A stretch of 64,000 nt of DNA, taken from assembly GCA_963704725.1 (NCBI GenBank), contig OY969934.1, positions 2,048,001-2,112,000 on the forward strand. Reading direction: 5' to 3'. Under the pieces are notes generated by a model. The model searched no databases. It was not told where the DNA came from and was given only the letters and a program-made list of their open reading frames with translations. Positions 20,088-33,261 of this stretch are shown one piece after another (position 1 is the stretch's first letter; every line of letters begins with the position of its first letter). The translations under genes and the position numbers were made by a program. The stretch comes from an uncultured Actinomycetes bacterium. Lineage in GTDB: Bacteria > Actinomycetota > UBA4738 > HRBIN12.

Positions 20088-20956
20088 CCCGGCCACGTGC
20101 GCACCACCGGGAAGCCCTCGGGCGGCGTGGGCTGCATCTGCGGCTCGTCGCCCATCCACCGATCCCACAGGATCCGCGCGGGGTTGAAGACCGGCCCGTC
20201 CGTGCACGCCCGAAGCTCGTCGTAGCCCGACCCGTCCTTGCGGATCACCGGGACCGTGCACGTGAAGCACATCCCCACGCCGCAGGCCATGCGCTCCTCC
20301 ACCGCCATCTGCGAGGGGATGCTGCGTTCGATGCAGCGCTCGGCGATCGCGCGGAGCGTGGAACGTCTGGCCGCGGCGTACACGACCTGGGCCCCGGTCG
20401 ACTCGAGCATGCCGGGCAACGCGTCCAGGACGTTGCCCTGCTCCCCGAGGCTCCCGTCCTCCGTCATGATCGCGACCGTCTGCGAGACGCGCTTGCCCTC
20501 GATCGGCTTGAAGACCTCGTCCATCGTGTCGGCGCCGACGATCATGTCGACCCGCTTGCCGCGGGCGCGGAGCTCCTGGGCCAGGTAGTAGATCGGCGCC
20601 GTGCCGTGTCCCTCCGAGACCAGCAGGCATCCCGAGAGCTTCGTGGGGTACGCGAACCCCTTGCCGAGCGGTCCGATCACGTCGAGGAACTGATGGGCCT
20701 TGGCCTCCGCCAGCCACGAGGTCCCCGCGCCCCTGGGGTCGAACACGAACTCGAGCGTGCCCGCCCATCCTCCTCGCCGCGACGCCTGGGCGATCGAGAA
20801 GTGCCGGCGCAGGAGGAACGCCCGGCCCTCGGGCATGCCCACCGAGAGGAACTGCCCGGGACGGACGCGCTCGGCCACCTCGGGCGCCACGATCGTGATC
20901 GATTGGTAGGCGCCGAACCGGCGCGCGTTCAGCACCTCCGCCCGCACGCGCCTCAC
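20084..20956 (-). CDS. pyrK: Dihydroorotate dehydrogenase electron-transfer subunit
   Basis: PGQF, LRRHFSI, GPLGKGF, EERMACGVGMCFTC...CTDGPVF (2Fe-2S). Confidence 0.92.
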   Translation of the reverse strand: MRRVRAEVLNARRFGAYQSITIVAPEVAERVRPGQFLSVGMPEGRAFLLRRHFSIAQASRRGGWAGTLEFVFDPRGAGTSWLAEAKAHQFLDVIGPLGKGFAYPTKLSGCLLVSEGHGTAPIYYLAQELRARGKRVDMIVGADTMDEVFKPIEGKRVSQTVAIMTEDGSLGEQGNVLDALPGMLESTGAQVVYAAARRSTLRAIAERCIERSIPSQMAVEERMACGVGMCFTCTVPVIRKDGSGYDELRACTDGPVFNPARILWDRWMGDEPQMQPTPPEGFPVVRTWPG

Positions 20957-20960
20957 GGCC

Positions 20961-23900
20961 TCACCCTACCCGGCTCGTCGCGGCCCCGAGGGGGACCTGC
21001 ACCGGCCTCGGCGAGGCGGCGTGCTCGTGATATCGCTGCAGGTCGACGGGGGTTCCCGGCGCGCCTTGGAGCGCCTCGATCCCTCTGACCGCCGCCAGCG
21101 CGCCCGGCAGCGTCGTGATGCACGGGATGCCGGCCAGGGCCGACGCGGTCCGGACGAAGTATCCGTCGGTGCGCGGCCCGCGCCCGAACGGGGTGTTGAC
21201 GACGAGATCGACCTCGCCCTCGCGGATCAGGTCGACGATCGTGCGCCCGCCCTCCGAGACCTTGGCCACCCGCGTCACGGGGATCCCCGCCCGCTCCAGG
21301 ACGCCGGCCGTGCCCTTCGTCGCCAGGAGCCGGAACCCCAGGTCGGCCAGGCGCTTGGCCGGGAAGGCGATGGCGCGCTTGTCGCGGTTGGCCATCGAGA
21401 CGAACACGGTGCCTTCGCGCGGGAGCGCGGCACCGCTCGCCACGAGCGCCTTCGCCAGGGCCCGCCCCGGGTCTCCGTCGATCCCCATGACCTCGCCGGT
21501 CGAGCGCATCTCGGGCCCCAGCACGGTGTCGACGCCGGGGAACCGACCGAACGGCAGGACCGCCGCCTTCACACACGTGTACGGCAGGTGGCGGTAGTGA
21601 CCCGGGTCGGCGGGCACGATCCCCGACTCCGTGAGCTCGGCGAGCGAGCGCCCGAGCAGCACGAGCGCGGCCACCTTGGCCAGGGGAACGCCGACCGCCT
21701 TCGACACGAAGGGCACCGTCCGCGAGGCGCGCGGGTTCGCCTCGAGCACCCAGATCCGTTCGTCCTTCACCGCGAGCTGGACGTTGATCAGCCCGACGAC
21801 GCCGAGTCGCCGCGCCACCCGGCGCACGATGTCCTCGACCTCGTCCAGCTCCTCCTCGGCCAGCGTGGCCGGCGGGATCTGGCACGACGAGTCCCCGGAG
21901 TGCACTCCGGCCTCCTCGATGTGCTCCATCACCGCCCCCACGAAGACGTCCGCCCCGTCGCACACGGCGTCCACGTCGAGCTCGATCGCGCCCTCCAGGA
22001 ACCGATCGATCAGCACGGGGTGATCCGGCCCCGCCGCAGCGGCGGTCCTCACGAACCCCTCGAGCTCGTCCTCGCCGTACACGATCTCCATGGCCCGGCC
22101 TCCCAGCACGTACGACGGCCGAACCACGACCGGGTACCCGATCCGCTCCGCGATCTCCCGCGCCTCCCCTTGATCCCGCGCTTCCCCGTGCGCCGGCGCC
22201 GCGATCCCCAACTCCTCCAGCACCCCCGCGAACTTCCCCCGGTCCTCCGCCAGGTCGATCGCCACGGGCGACGTCCCGAGGATGCGGAACCCCGCCGCCT
22301 CGAGATCGTGCGCCAGCCGCAGCGGCGTCTGCCCCCCGAGCTGACACACGACCCCGATCGGACGTTCCGCCTCGCACACCGCGAGCACGTCCTCGGCGGA
22401 CAGCGGCTCGAGGTACAACCGCGAACTGGTGTCGTAGTCCGTGGAGACCGTCTCGGGATTCGAGTTCACCATCACGGCCTCGAACCCCGCCTCCTCCAAC
22501 GCCTCCGCCGCGTGCACACACGCGTAGTCGAACTCGATCCCCTGTCCGATCCGATTCGGCCCCGCTCCCAAGATCACGACTCGATCCCGCTCCGCCCCCC
22601 GAACCTCGTCCTCGTCCTCGTACGTCGAGTAGTGATAGGGCGTCCGTGCCGGGAACTCCCCCGCACACGTATCCACCGTCTTGAACACGACGCGCACCCC
22701 GAGCGCCGTCCGCCGAGCGCGCACGTCGGCCTCCGCCGACCCGGTGACCGAAGCGATCCGCCGATCCGACAGCCCGACCCGCTTCGCCTCGAGCAGCTCC
22801 TCGGCATCCAGCTCGTCCAGCGCCCGACCGGCGATCGCGCCGACCTCCTCGACGACCTGCGCGATCTGATCCACGAACCACGCATCGATGTGCGACACGG
22901 CAGAGATCTCATCCACCGAGCGTCCAGCTTGCAGCGCAGCCTCGACGAGGTGGAGCCGCCGCTCCGTCGGGACCGCGAGCGACCCCAAGCCGGCGGGGTC
23001 GCCGCCGGCCCCGAGGTCCGCACCACCCACCTCCAGAGCCCGCCACGCCTTCCCCAGCGCCTCCTTGAACGTGCGGCCGATCGCCATGACCTCGCCCACG
23101 CTCTTCATCGTCGACGTGAGCACCGGGTCGGCCTCGGGGAACTTCTCGAACGCGAACCGCGGGACCTTCACGACCACGTAGTCGAGCGTGGGCTCGAAGG
23201 CCGCGAGCGTCTCCCCGGTGATGTCGTTCGGGATCTCGTCGAGCGTGTATCCGACGGCCAGCAGCGCGGCGATCTTCGCGATCGGGAAGCCCGTGGCTTT
23301 CGACGCGAGGGCGCTGCTGCGCGACACGCGGGGGTTCATCTCGATGAGGACCTGGCGACCCGTCATCGGGTCGACCGCGAATTGGATGTTGGAACCGCCG
23401 GTCTCGACGCCGATAGCTCGGATGCAGGCGAGCGCCGCGTCGCGCATCGTCTGGTACTCGCGGTCCGAGAGCGTCATCTGCGGGGCGACGGTGATGGAGT
23501 CGCCGGTATGGACGCCCATGGGGTCGACGTTCTCGATGGAGCAGACGACGACGGCGTTGTCGGCGGCGTCGCGCATGACCTCGAGCTCGAATTCCTTCCA
23601 CCCGGCCACGGACTCCTCGACGAGGACCTCGGTGACCGGGCTGATCTCGAGGCTCCGTCGTGCGACGCGCGCGAGCTCGTCCGGATCGTGGGCGAAGCCG
23701 CTGCCGCCGCCGCCGAGCGTGAACGAGGGACGAACGATCACCGGGTAGCCGAGGTCGTCGCCGATCGCGAGGGCCTCGTCGACGGTGTGGGCGATGCCGG
23801 CCCTCGGCACGTCGAGGCCGGCGGCCTGCATCGTGGTCTTGAAGCCGCTGCGGTCCTCGGCGCGGCGGATGGCGTCCAGGCCGGCGCCGATGAGCTCGAC

Positions 23901-24236
23901 GCCCAGGCGGCCGAGGTCGCCGGATGAGGCCAGGGCGACGGCGACGTTGAGGGCGGTCTGGCCGCCGAGGGTGGGGAGCAGGACGTCGGGGCGCTCCCGC
24001 TCCAGGACCTGGAGGACGGACTCGGGCGTGAGGGGTTCGATGTAGGTGCGGTCGGCGAACTCAGGGTCGGTCATGATCGTCGCGGGGTTCGAGTTCACGA
24101 GCGAGACGTGGAAGCCCTCCCGCCGAAGGACCTTGCAGGCCTGGGTGCCTGAGTAGTCGAACTCGCACGCCTGGCCGATCACGATGGGGCCGGAGCCGAC
24201 GATGAGGATCCGCTCGAGGTCCGTGCGCCTCGGCAT
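20961..24236 (-). CDS. carB: Carbamoyl-phosphate synthase large chain
   Basis: [53 protein letters not shown] domain. Confidence 0.98.
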   Translation of the reverse strand: MPRRTDLERILIVGSGPIVIGQACEFDYSGTQACKVLRREGFHVSLVNSNPATIMTDPEFADRTYIEPLTPESVLQVLERERPDVLLPTLGGQTALNVAVALASSGDLGRLGVELIGAGLDAIRRAEDRSGFKTTMQAAGLDVPRAGIAHTVDEALAIGDDLGYPVIVRPSFTLGGGGSGFAHDPDELARVARRSLEISPVTEVLVEESVAGWKEFELEVMRDAADNAVVVCSIENVDPMGVHTGDSITVAPQMTLSDREYQTMRDAALACIRAIGVETGGSNIQFAVDPMTGRQVLIEMNPRVSRSSALASKATGFPIAKIAALLAVGYTLDEIPNDITGETLAAFEPTLDYVVVKVPRFAFEKFPEADPVLTSTMKSVGEVMAIGRTFKEALGKAWRALEVGGADLGAGGDPAGLGSLAVPTERRLHLVEAALQAGRSVDEISAVSHIDAWFVDQIAQVVEEVGAIAGRALDELDAEELLEAKRVGLSDRRIASVTGSAEADVRARRTALGVRVVFKTVDTCAGEFPARTPYHYSTYEDEDEVRGAERDRVVILGAGPNRIGQGIEFDYACVHAAEALEEAGFEAVMVNSNPETVSTDYDTSSRLYLEPLSAEDVLAVCEAERPIGVVCQLGGQTPLRLAHDLEAAGFRILGTSPVAIDLAEDRGKFAGVLEELGIAAPAHGEARDQGEAREIAERIGYPVVVRPSYVLGGRAMEIVYGEDELEGFVRTAAAAGPDHPVLIDRFLEGAIELDVDAVCDGADVFVGAVMEHIEEAGVHSGDSSCQIPPATLAEEELDEVEDIVRRVARRLGVVGLINVQLAVKDERIWVLEANPRASRTVPFVSKAVGVPLAKVAALVLLGRSLAELTESGIVPADPGHYRHLPYTCVKAAVLPFGRFPGVDTVLGPEMRSTGEVMGIDGDPGRALAKALVASGAALPREGTVFVSMANRDKRAIAFPAKRLADLGFRLLATKGTAGVLERAGIPVTRVAKVSEGGRTIVDLIREGEVDLVVNTPFGRGPRTDGYFVRTASALAGIPCITTLPGALAAVRGIEALQGAPGTPVDLQRYHEHAASPRPVQVPLGAATSRVG

Positions 24237-25363
24237 CAGGGCGTCCCCATGAGGGCGCGGAACTCCTCGAACAGGTGCCTCGAGTCGTGGGGGCCGGGTG
24301 CGGCCTCGGGGTGGTACTGCACCGCGAGCGCCGGGACGTCGAGGCATCGCAATCCCTCGAGCGCCCCGTCGTTGAGGTTCCAGTGGCTGAGCTCGGCACG
24401 GCCGAACGCGGTCTCGGCCACGACGCCCTCGCGGGGCCATCCCTCCGGGTCGACGGCGAAGCCGTGGTTGTGGCTCGTGATCTCGACCCGCCCGGTCCGC
24501 AGGTCCTTCACCGGCTGGTTCGCGCCCCGATGGCCGAACTTCATCTTGTACGTCCGTCCGCCGAGCGCGAGCGCGAGGAGCTGGTGCCCGAGGCAGATGC
24601 CGAACACCGGCACACGCCCCAGGAGCTCGCGCGCGGCCGCGATCCCATAGCGGGTGGCGGCGGGGTCGCCCGGCCCGTTCGACAGGAACACGCCGTCGAA
24701 GCCGTCGACGTGGTTCGGCGGCGTCCGCGCCGGGAACACCGTCGCCTCGATGCCGGACGCCGCGAGCCGGCGCAGGGAGTTCCGCTTCAGCCCGAAGTCG
24801 TAGGCGGCGACCCGGAACACCGGCCCGCGCTCCGCCGAGGCCCGACCGACCACGTCGCGCGCTTCGTACGGCTCGGGTGCCGAGACGTCGCCCGCCAGGT
24901 CGGCGCCCTCCATGCCGGGCGTGGCGCGGACGCGCTCCAGGAGCGAGGCGGGATCGAGGTCCTCCGTGGACAGCCCGCACCGCATCGCGCCGCCCTCGCG
25001 GAGCCGGAGCGTGAGTCGCCTCGTGTCCACGCCCTCCACCCCGACCACGCCGGCGTCGGCGAGCTCCTCCCCCAGCGTTCGCACCGCCCGCCGGCTCGAG
25101 GCGCGCCGGGAGGCCTCGCGCACCACGAAGCCGGAGACCCGGACGCGGTCCGACTCGGGGTCCTCGAGGTTCGTCCCGTAGTTGCCCTGGTGCGGCGAGG
25201 TCATCGTGACGACCTGCCCGGCGTAGGAGGGGTCGGTGAGCACCTCCTGGTATCCGGACATGCCGGTGTTGAAGACGGCCTCCCCGAACGCCTCCCCGGT
25301 CGCCCCGAACGCCCGCCCCCGGAACACCGTGCCGTCCTCGAGGACGAGGACGGCGACCGTCAC
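24236..25363 (-). CDS. carA: Carbamoyl-phosphate synthase small chain
   Basis: [43 protein letters not shown]. Confidence 0.97.
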   Translation of the reverse strand: MTVAVLVLEDGTVFRGRAFGATGEAFGEAVFNTGMSGYQEVLTDPSYAGQVVTMTSPHQGNYGTNLEDPESDRVRVSGFVVREASRRASSRRAVRTLGEELADAGVVGVEGVDTRRLTLRLREGGAMRCGLSTEDLDPASLLERVRATPGMEGADLAGDVSAPEPYEARDVVGRASAERGPVFRVAAYDFGLKRNSLRRLAASGIEATVFPARTPPNHVDGFDGVFLSNGPGDPAATRYGIAAARELLGRVPVFGICLGHQLLALALGGRTYKMKFGHRGANQPVKDLRTGRVEITSHNHGFAVDPEGWPREGVVAETAFGRAELSHWNLNDGALEGLRCLDVPALAVQYHPEAAPGPHDSRHLFEEFRALMGTP

Positions 25364-26647
25364 CGCTGCGCCTTCCCGTCGGCGACGACCAACCGGCCCC
25401 GGTACACGGTGTGGATCACGCGGCCTCGGAGCGTGCGGCCGAGGAACGCACTGTTGCGACTCTTGGAGGCGAACGGCGTCTCGACCACCCACTCGGCGCC
25501 GGGATCGAACAGGACGAGGTTCGCAGGACTTCCCGGCTCGATCGGCCCGCCGTGGTCGGCGGCCCCGAGGATCCGCGCCGGCGTCCTCGACAGGGCCTCG
25601 ACCGCCCGGGCCAGCGTCATCGTGCCCGGCTCGACGACGTGGGTCAGGACGGCGGCCAGGGCCGTCTCCAGCCCGATCGTCCCCGGTGGGGCCTGGTCGA
25701 ACTCGACCTCCTTCTCCTCGACCGCATGTGGCGCGTGGTCCGTGGCGACGGCGTCGATCGTGCCGTCGGCGAGCCCGGCCCGGAGCGCGTCCCGGTCCTC
25801 CGGCGTCCGCAGCGGCGGGTGCACCTTGAAGTTGGTGTCGTAGGTGACGAGGTCCTCGTCGCTGAACGCGAGGTGATGCGGCGTCACCTCCGCGGTCACG
25901 CGGAGCCCGTCGGCCTTGGCCCGCCGCACCAGGTCGACCGATCCGGCCGACGACAGGTGCTGGACGTGGAGCCGGCCGCCGGTGAGCCGCGCCAGGGCGA
26001 GATCGCGACCCACGATGATCTCCTCCGACTCGCGGGGCCGCCCGGCCAGCCCGAGCTCGTACGAGTGCGCCCCCTCGTGCATCTGCCCGCCCTCGGCGAG
26101 CGTGGGGTCCTCGCAGTGCTCGGCGATGATGACGCCCTCGAAGGTGCGGGCGTACGTGAGCGCGTTCCGGAGCACCCGGGCGTCCGGCACCGTGTCGCCG
26201 TCGTCGCTGAACATGCGGACCCCGGCCTCCACCATCTCGCCGAGCTCGGCCATCGCCTCGCCGCCCCGGCCGCGGGTGATGGCGCCGGCGGGGAACACGT
26301 CGCAGAGCCCGGCGCGGATGCCGAGGTCGCGGACCTCGTGGATCACGGCCGCGTTGTCCGCGACCGGGTCGGTGTTCGCCATCGGCGAGACCGCGGTGAA
26401 GCCACCGATGGCCGCGGCCCGGCACCCCGTCTCGACGGTCTCCTTGTCCTCCCGCCCTGGCTCGCGCAGGTGCGTGTGCAGGTCGACGAGCCCCGGCGAC
26501 AGCACGAGCCCGTCGCATTCGAGGACCGTGGCGCCCGCCGTGCCACCGTCGGCCGGGGCGATCCGGCCGTCGTCGACGAGCACGTCCCCGGTCTCGTCGC
26601 GTCCCGACGCCGGGTCGACGATCCGCGCGCCCCGGATCCAGATGCGC

Positions 26648-26655
<8 letters not shown>
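25360..26655 (-). CDS. pyrC: Dihydroorotase
   Basis: [24 protein letters not shown]. Confidence 0.96.
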
Positions 26656-28342
<1,687 letters not shown>

Positions 28343-28522
28343 CGTTGCCGAGGATAGCCCCCACCCCGGGGCCCGACAACGAGCGGGACCAGACCCGCCC
28401 GAGATACGCCGTTCGGCGCAGGACATCGCGGGGACGGAAGTGGACCATCGTGCGGGGGCGAGACAGGGAGGGAGCATGATCGGCGACGAAGGCCGCCGGG
28501 CCATCCGGCGTCGGGCCCGGTG

Positions 28523-28816
28523 GTGAGCGTGGGCCAGCGGGACGACGACGTCCCGGGACGACCGAGGCCCTCGTCGGGCCCGATCGTGCTCGCGATCCTG
28601 CTCGCGGCCCTGCTGCTCGCCGGCGCCCTCGTGCTGATCGACGTCAACCGTGCCGCTCGTTGCGAGCGCTACGGGCGGAACGTGCTCGAGTTCTACCAGC
28701 GGCAGTCCGACTTCGAGAGGGCCTCCCCCGACGAGGAGCCCGTCTCCCAGGCCACCCTCACGGCCACTCTCCTCGAGGCCGTCGGCTACCCTCCCCCGGG
28801 CTGCGAGCTGCCCTGA
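28523..28816 (+). CDS. Small hypothetical membrane-anchored protein with two Cys
   Basis: One hydrophobic helix (IVLAILLAALLLAGALVLI), GC-typical codons; start uncertain. Confidence 0.55.
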   Translation: MSVGQRDDDVPGRPRPSSGPIVLAILLAALLLAGALVLIDVNRAARCERYGRNVLEFYQRQSDFERASPDEEPVSQATLTATLLEAVGYPPPGCELP

Positions 28817-28905
28817 TCGAGGCCGGCGGCGCCTCGGGTGGGGCCGAGTCGGTCTCCAGGGCCTACACTGGCGGCGACGTCGAGGAACGCGGAGGAGGTT
28901 GCCGA

Positions 28906-29115
28906 ATGCCTGGTGGTCCGGAGTGGGTCATCGTCCTGGTGATCTTGGTGCTGCTCTTCGGGGCGAAGAAGCTCCCGGAGCTGGCGCGATCGGTCGGCAA
29001 GTCCACCTCCGAGTTCAAGAAGGGCATGGCCGAGGGCTCGACCGAGGCCGACGCCGCCGGCGCATCGGACGACGCCGCCCCCCGGCCCGAGCACACGGCC
29101 GAGACGAAGGAGTAG
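28906..29115 (+). CDS. tatA: Twin-arginine translocase TatA/TatE subunit
   Basis: SD GGAGGAGG; EWVIVLVILVLLFGAKKLPELARSVGKS..EFKKG. Confidence 0.92.
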   Translation: MPGGPEWVIVLVILVLLFGAKKLPELARSVGKSTSEFKKGMAEGSTEADAAGASDDAAPRPEHTAETKE

Positions 29116-29199
29116 GCGTCCGGGGCCGGCCGCACGGACCCGCGGCATGATCCGGCCCCGCGCGTAAGCGCGCCGCCCTCCTCGGGTGTTCACGCTCCG

Positions 29200-29724
29200 A
29201 TGGACGAGGCGCTCGATCTATACGATCCCCCGATCGCCGCGCGCGGCGCCCTGCCGCTGTTCGAGGACTTCTTCGAGGAGCATCGCGCGCGTCTGCACGC
29301 CGCCCTGTGGCTGGTCGCTCGAGACCACCACGAGGCCGAGGAGATCGCACAGGATGCGTTCGTGCGGTTGTGGGAGCGCTGGGACCGGGTCCGCACGCTC
29401 GAGGATCCCGCCGGCTACCTGTACCGGACGGCCATGAACCTGTTCCGGAACCGGCGCCGCCGCGCCGCGCTCGCCCTCCGGCGGCTCGTGCGCGCCGTCC
29501 CGGCCCCGGACGCCACCGCTCCGGTGGATGCCGCGGACGCGATCCATCGCGGGCTGCTTGCCCTCACGGCCCGGCAGCGCGCCGCGCTCGTCCTCACCGA
29601 CCTGCTCGACATGACCTCGGAGGAGGCCGGGCGAGCGCTCGGCGTGCGCCCCTCGACGGTGCGCGTGCTCGCCGCCCGCGCCCGGGCCGCCCTCCGCCGC
29701 GAGATCGGAGGCGAGGATGCGTAG
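29200..29724 (+). CDS. ECF-family RNA polymerase sigma factor
   Basis: AEEIAQDAF, YLYRTAMN, LTARQRAALVL, ALGVRPSTVR. Confidence 0.9.
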   Translation: MDEALDLYDPPIAARGALPLFEDFFEEHRARLHAALWLVARDHHEAEEIAQDAFVRLWERWDRVRTLEDPAGYLYRTAMNLFRNRRRRAALALRRLVRAVPAPDATAPVDAADAIHRGLLALTARQRAALVLTDLLDMTSEEAGRALGVRPSTVRVLAARARAALRREIGGEDA

Positions 29725-30712
29725 CACGAAGGACCTCCTGGAACGGGCTGCCCGCTCGGCGCCGCAGGGCGCGTTCGGCGTGGACGACCTTCGCCGGCGC
29801 CGCGACCGCCGCCGGGAGCGGCAGCGCCTCGGCACGAGCCTGGTCGCGCTTGCGCTGACGGTCCTGGTGTTCGGCGGGGTGTTCGCCGTCCTGCGCGACC
29901 GCGGCGAGGAGTCGTCCGTGGGATCGACGGGGCCCAGCGGCACAGCGACCGCCGTGCTTCCCCCCGCATCCTCCGCGCCCCTGCAGGCGGGTCCCGGCCA
30001 GTACTACTACGCAAGGACGTGGAGCCATTCCGCCCGCATCTGCACCGTGGACGGATCAGGAATGACGTGCACGTTCTCGACGGTCGAGTCCGAGAGCTGG
30101 TGGGCTGCCGACGAGTCGGGGCGGATCGCCTCGAGCGATCGCGACGAGTCCTACGGGGCCGGCGAGTACCCACACGACACGGTCACGACCGGTCTGCCGA
30201 CCGACCCGGCTCGGCTTCGCGAGGCGATGTTCGCCCGCTCCGGGTCGGGTGGCGCCTCGCCCGAGCCGCAGACGACCGTCTCGCCGGGTCAGGACGCCGA
30301 GGACGCGAGCGTCGAGCAGTCCATCGTGAACCTGCTCTCCATGCCGAACACCACGCCGGCGCTACGAGCAGGGTTGCTCGAGGTCCTCGCCGAGATGCCG
30401 GACGCGACCGTCGAACTCGCGGCCACGGACCCGGCCGGGCGGCCTGCGTACCGGATCACCGTCACGACGTTCGGCGGTCCCACGGTGCACGAGCTCTACG
30501 TCGACCCCGCCACGCACGAGCTGCTCGCGCACGTCCAGACGGGCCGGGACGGGACGCTGGTGGAGGAGTTCGTCCTCGAGGCCGCCGGTGTCGCGAACGG
30601 AACCGTCGACCCGGCCGCCGAGAGCGTCGTGCCGGCGCCGGTCAGCCTTCCCGAGGTGGACGATGCCGACCCGGGATCGGCGCCCGTGGTCGAACCCTCG
30701 CCCTCGGCATAG
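29717..30712 (+). CDS. Probable membrane anti-sigma factor (actinobacterial CU044_5270-like)
   Basis: Overlaps sigma stop; Arg-rich segment + TM helix; GQYYY, LPTDP..LR, P.LRA.L.EVLA, DPAGR, DPAT.ELL. Confidence 0.7.
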   Translation: MRSTKDLLERAARSAPQGAFGVDDLRRRRDRRRERQRLGTSLVALALTVLVFGGVFAVLRDRGEESSVGSTGPSGTATAVLPPASSAPLQAGPGQYYYARTWSHSARICTVDGSGMTCTFSTVESESWWAADESGRIASSDRDESYGAGEYPHDTVTTGLPTDPARLREAMFARSGSGGASPEPQTTVSPGQDAEDASVEQSIVNLLSMPNTTPALRAGLLEVLAEMPDATVELAATDPAGRPAYRITVTTFGGPTVHELYVDPATHELLAHVQTGRDGTLVEEFVLEAAGVANGTVDPAAESVVPAPVSLPEVDDADPGSAPVVEPSPSA

Positions 30713-30759
30713 CGACCTCGGATCGATCCTCGGGATCGGGCCCGCCGGGAGGCGCCGGG

Positions 30760-31200
30760 CTACCCGGGCTCGGGTGACGAGACGACGGTTCCACCGCCGG
30801 CGAGGTCGCGCGCGAGCTTGCCGAGGACGCCGTTCACGAAGCGGCCGGAATCCTCCGTGGAGAGCTCCTTCGCGGCACGGACGGCCTCGTCGATCACCAC
30901 GCCGGCGGGCATGTCGACGCCGAAGGAAAGCTCGAATGTCGCCACCCGCAGAATCGTGCGGTCGAGCGAGGGCATCCGCTCGACGCGCCAGCCCTCGGCA
31001 ACATCGCCGATCGAGCGGTCGAGGTCGTCAAGATGCGCCGAGACGCCCTCCACCAGCTCGCGCGTGAAGGGCGGGATCTCGCGGCCGGCGGCCTCCCACT
31101 CGTGGAGCACGTCGCCGCCGACGGCGTGCGTGACGTCGGCCTGATACAGGACGTCGAGGGCGAGGCGCCGGGCCTCGCGCCGCGACGGCTCGCGGGTCAC
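30760..31200 (-). CDS. nusB: Transcription antitermination factor NusB
   Basis: RREARRLALDVLYQ, W..ERM..LDR.ILR, DEAV..AK, FVNGVL. Confidence 0.95.
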   Translation of the reverse strand: MTREPSRREARRLALDVLYQADVTHAVGGDVLHEWEAAGREIPPFTRELVEGVSAHLDDLDRSIGDVAEGWRVERMPSLDRTILRVATFELSFGVDMPAGVVIDEAVRAAKELSTEDSGRFVNGVLGKLARDLAGGGTVVSSPEPG

Positions 31201-31760
31201 TTCACGCGCTCGATGTACGCCCCGGTGCGCGTGTCGACCTTGACCCGCTCCCCCTCCTCGACGAACAGCGGGACCTGCGCCACGTAGCCGGTCTCGAGCG
31301 TCGCGGGCTTCAGGGTGTTCGTCTTCGTGTCGCCCTTCACGGCCGGCTGGGTCTGCGTGACGGTCAGGGCCACCGAGGCGGGGAGCTCCAGCCCGATCGG
31401 CACGCCCTGGTGGACGGCGACCTGGGCCATGGACCCCTCGGACAGGTAGTGGGCGGCGTCGCCGACGATGGCGGCGGGGATGGGGAGCTGCTCGTAGGTC
31501 TCCGTGTCCATGAACGTGAAGAAGTCGCCGTCACCGTAGAGGTACTGCATCTCCTTGCGCTCGACGATGGCGAGGCCGACCTTGACGCCGGCGTTGAAGG
31601 TGCGCTCGACGACGCCGCCGGTCTTGAGGTTCCGGAGCTTCGTCCGGACGAACGCGCCCCCCTTGCCCGGCTTCACGTGCTGGAACTCGACGATCTGGAA
31701 CAGGTTCCCGTCCAGCTCGAGCGTCATGCCGTTCTTCAGGTCGTTCGTGGACACGCTCAT
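31197..31760 (-). CDS. efp: Elongation factor P
   Basis: HVKPGKGGAFVRTKL, KPATLETG, VPLFV, KVDTRTG.Y. Confidence 0.97.
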   Translation of the reverse strand: MSVSTNDLKNGMTLELDGNLFQIVEFQHVKPGKGGAFVRTKLRNLKTGGVVERTFNAGVKVGLAIVERKEMQYLYGDGDFFTFMDTETYEQLPIPAAIVGDAAHYLSEGSMAQVAVHQGVPIGLELPASVALTVTQTQPAVKGDTKTNTLKPATLETGYVAQVPLFVEEGERVKVDTRTGAYIERVK

Positions 31761-32836
31761 GGCAGCACCACCAGCTCCTTGGTCGATCGCGGGATGGGGC
31801 GGCATCCGCCGGCGGTCACCTCGACCATGTCCTCGATGCGGACGCCCCCGAGTCCCGGAATGTACACGCCGGGTTCGATCGTGACGACCGCGCCGTCGGG
31901 CACGTCGTCCGTTGCGTCCCAGCGCAGGCGGGGGTCCTCGTGGATCTCGAGCCCCACCCCGTGGCCGAGGCCGTGGGGGAACTCCTTGCCGAGCCCGGCC
32001 CGCTCGATCACGCCCCGCGCGGCGAGGTCCACCTCCGCCACCGTCGCGCCGGCGTGCACCGCCTCGATCCCCGCCGCTTGTGCCGCGGCGACCAGCTCGT
32101 GGAGCTCGCGGATCCTCGCCTCCGGCGGGCCGAAGGCCACCGTCCTCGTCATGTCCGAGTGGTAGCCGTCCACGAGCGCGCCGAAGTCGAGCTTCACCAC
32201 GTCGCCGCGGCGAAGCGGCCGGTCCGTCGGATCGTGATGCGGCTCCGCGGCCGACTCGCCGAACGCCGCGATCGTCTCGAAGGACTTGTCGTCGGCGCCG
32301 GCCTCGCGCATCTCGAGCTCGAGGCGGAGCGCGAGCTGGCGCTCGGTGATCCCCTCGCGCACGCCGCCGCCCAGCACGACCCGCTCGAAGGCCGCGTCGG
32401 CCGCCTCCTGAGCCCGGTCCAGCCGCCCCATCTCATCGCCGTCCTTCACCCGGCGCAGCCGCTCGACCTCGGGGCCGGCCGGGACCAGCTCGACGCCCTC
32501 GAGCTGGTCGCGCAGGCGCTCCCAGAACCGGTAGGTGACCCCTTCGGCCTCGAATCCGATCCGCCGAAGCTTCCGGTTGGCCGCCTGCTCCGCGATGGGC
32601 GGCGAGCCGTCCAGGTAGATGACCCGCTCGGTGTCGGGCACCTCGTGGCACGACTGCTCCTCGTACCGCCCGTCCGTGAAGAACACGGCACCCTCGGGCC
32701 CGAGCAGGATCTGCCCGTTCGATCCGGTGAACCCGGTGAGGTACCGCACGTTCGGCAGCCGTGTCACGAACAGGGCGTCGAGCTCGAGCTCGGCCACGCG
32801 CGCCGCGAGGCGCTCCCGCCTCAGCCCGTGATCCAC
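31757..32836 (-). CDS. Xaa-Pro peptidase (M24 family)
   Basis: NVRYLTGFTGS, TDGRY, DFGA..DGYHSDMTRT, HGLGHGVGLEIHE, TIEPG.Y, GVRIED. Confidence 0.93.
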   Translation of the reverse strand: MDHGLRRERLAARVAELELDALFVTRLPNVRYLTGFTGSNGQILLGPEGAVFFTDGRYEEQSCHEVPDTERVIYLDGSPPIAEQAANRKLRRIGFEAEGVTYRFWERLRDQLEGVELVPAGPEVERLRRVKDGDEMGRLDRAQEAADAAFERVVLGGGVREGITERQLALRLELEMREAGADDKSFETIAAFGESAAEPHHDPTDRPLRRGDVVKLDFGALVDGYHSDMTRTVAFGPPEARIRELHELVAAAQAAGIEAVHAGATVAEVDLAARGVIERAGLGKEFPHGLGHGVGLEIHEDPRLRWDATDDVPDGAVVTIEPGVYIPGLGGVRIEDMVEVTAGGCRPIPRSTKELVVLP

Positions 32837-33261
32837 GGCAGCGCCTCCAGCGCGAGGTGGTACCCGCCAGCGCCCGCGCCGGCGATCGTGGCGCGGCAGA
32901 CGCCCGAGATCACCGAGTGCCGGCGGAACTCCTCGCGAGCGTAGATGTTCGTCATGTGCACCTCGACGACCGGGAGGGGGCAGGCCTCGATCGCGTCCCG
33001 GAGCGCGTACGAGTAGTGCGTGAGGGCTCCGCCGTTCACCACGATCGCCCCGTGCCCCTCGCCGGCGGCGGCGTGGATCCACCCGAGCAGCTCACCCTCG
33101 TGGTCGGACTGCCGCCACGCCGTCTCGTGGCCCAGGCGCCCGGCCCGCTCGGCCACCTCGCCCATGATCTCGGCGAGGGTCTGCGAACCGTAGCGCTCGG
33201 GCTCGCGCGACCCGAGCTCTCCGAGGTTCGGCCCGAACAGGAAGAGCACCCGCATCCCCAT
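32821..33261 (-). CDS. aroQ: Type II 3-dehydroquinate dehydratase
   Basis: GPNL..LG.REP..YG, QSDHEG, THYSYALRDA, EVH.TN..AREEFR. Confidence 0.95.
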   Translation of the reverse strand: MGMRVLFLFGPNLGELGSREPERYGSQTLAEIMGEVAERAGRLGHETAWRQSDHEGELLGWIHAAAGEGHGAIVVNGGALTHYSYALRDAIEACPLPVVEVHMTNIYAREEFRRHSVISGVCRATIAGAGAGGYHLALEALPWITG

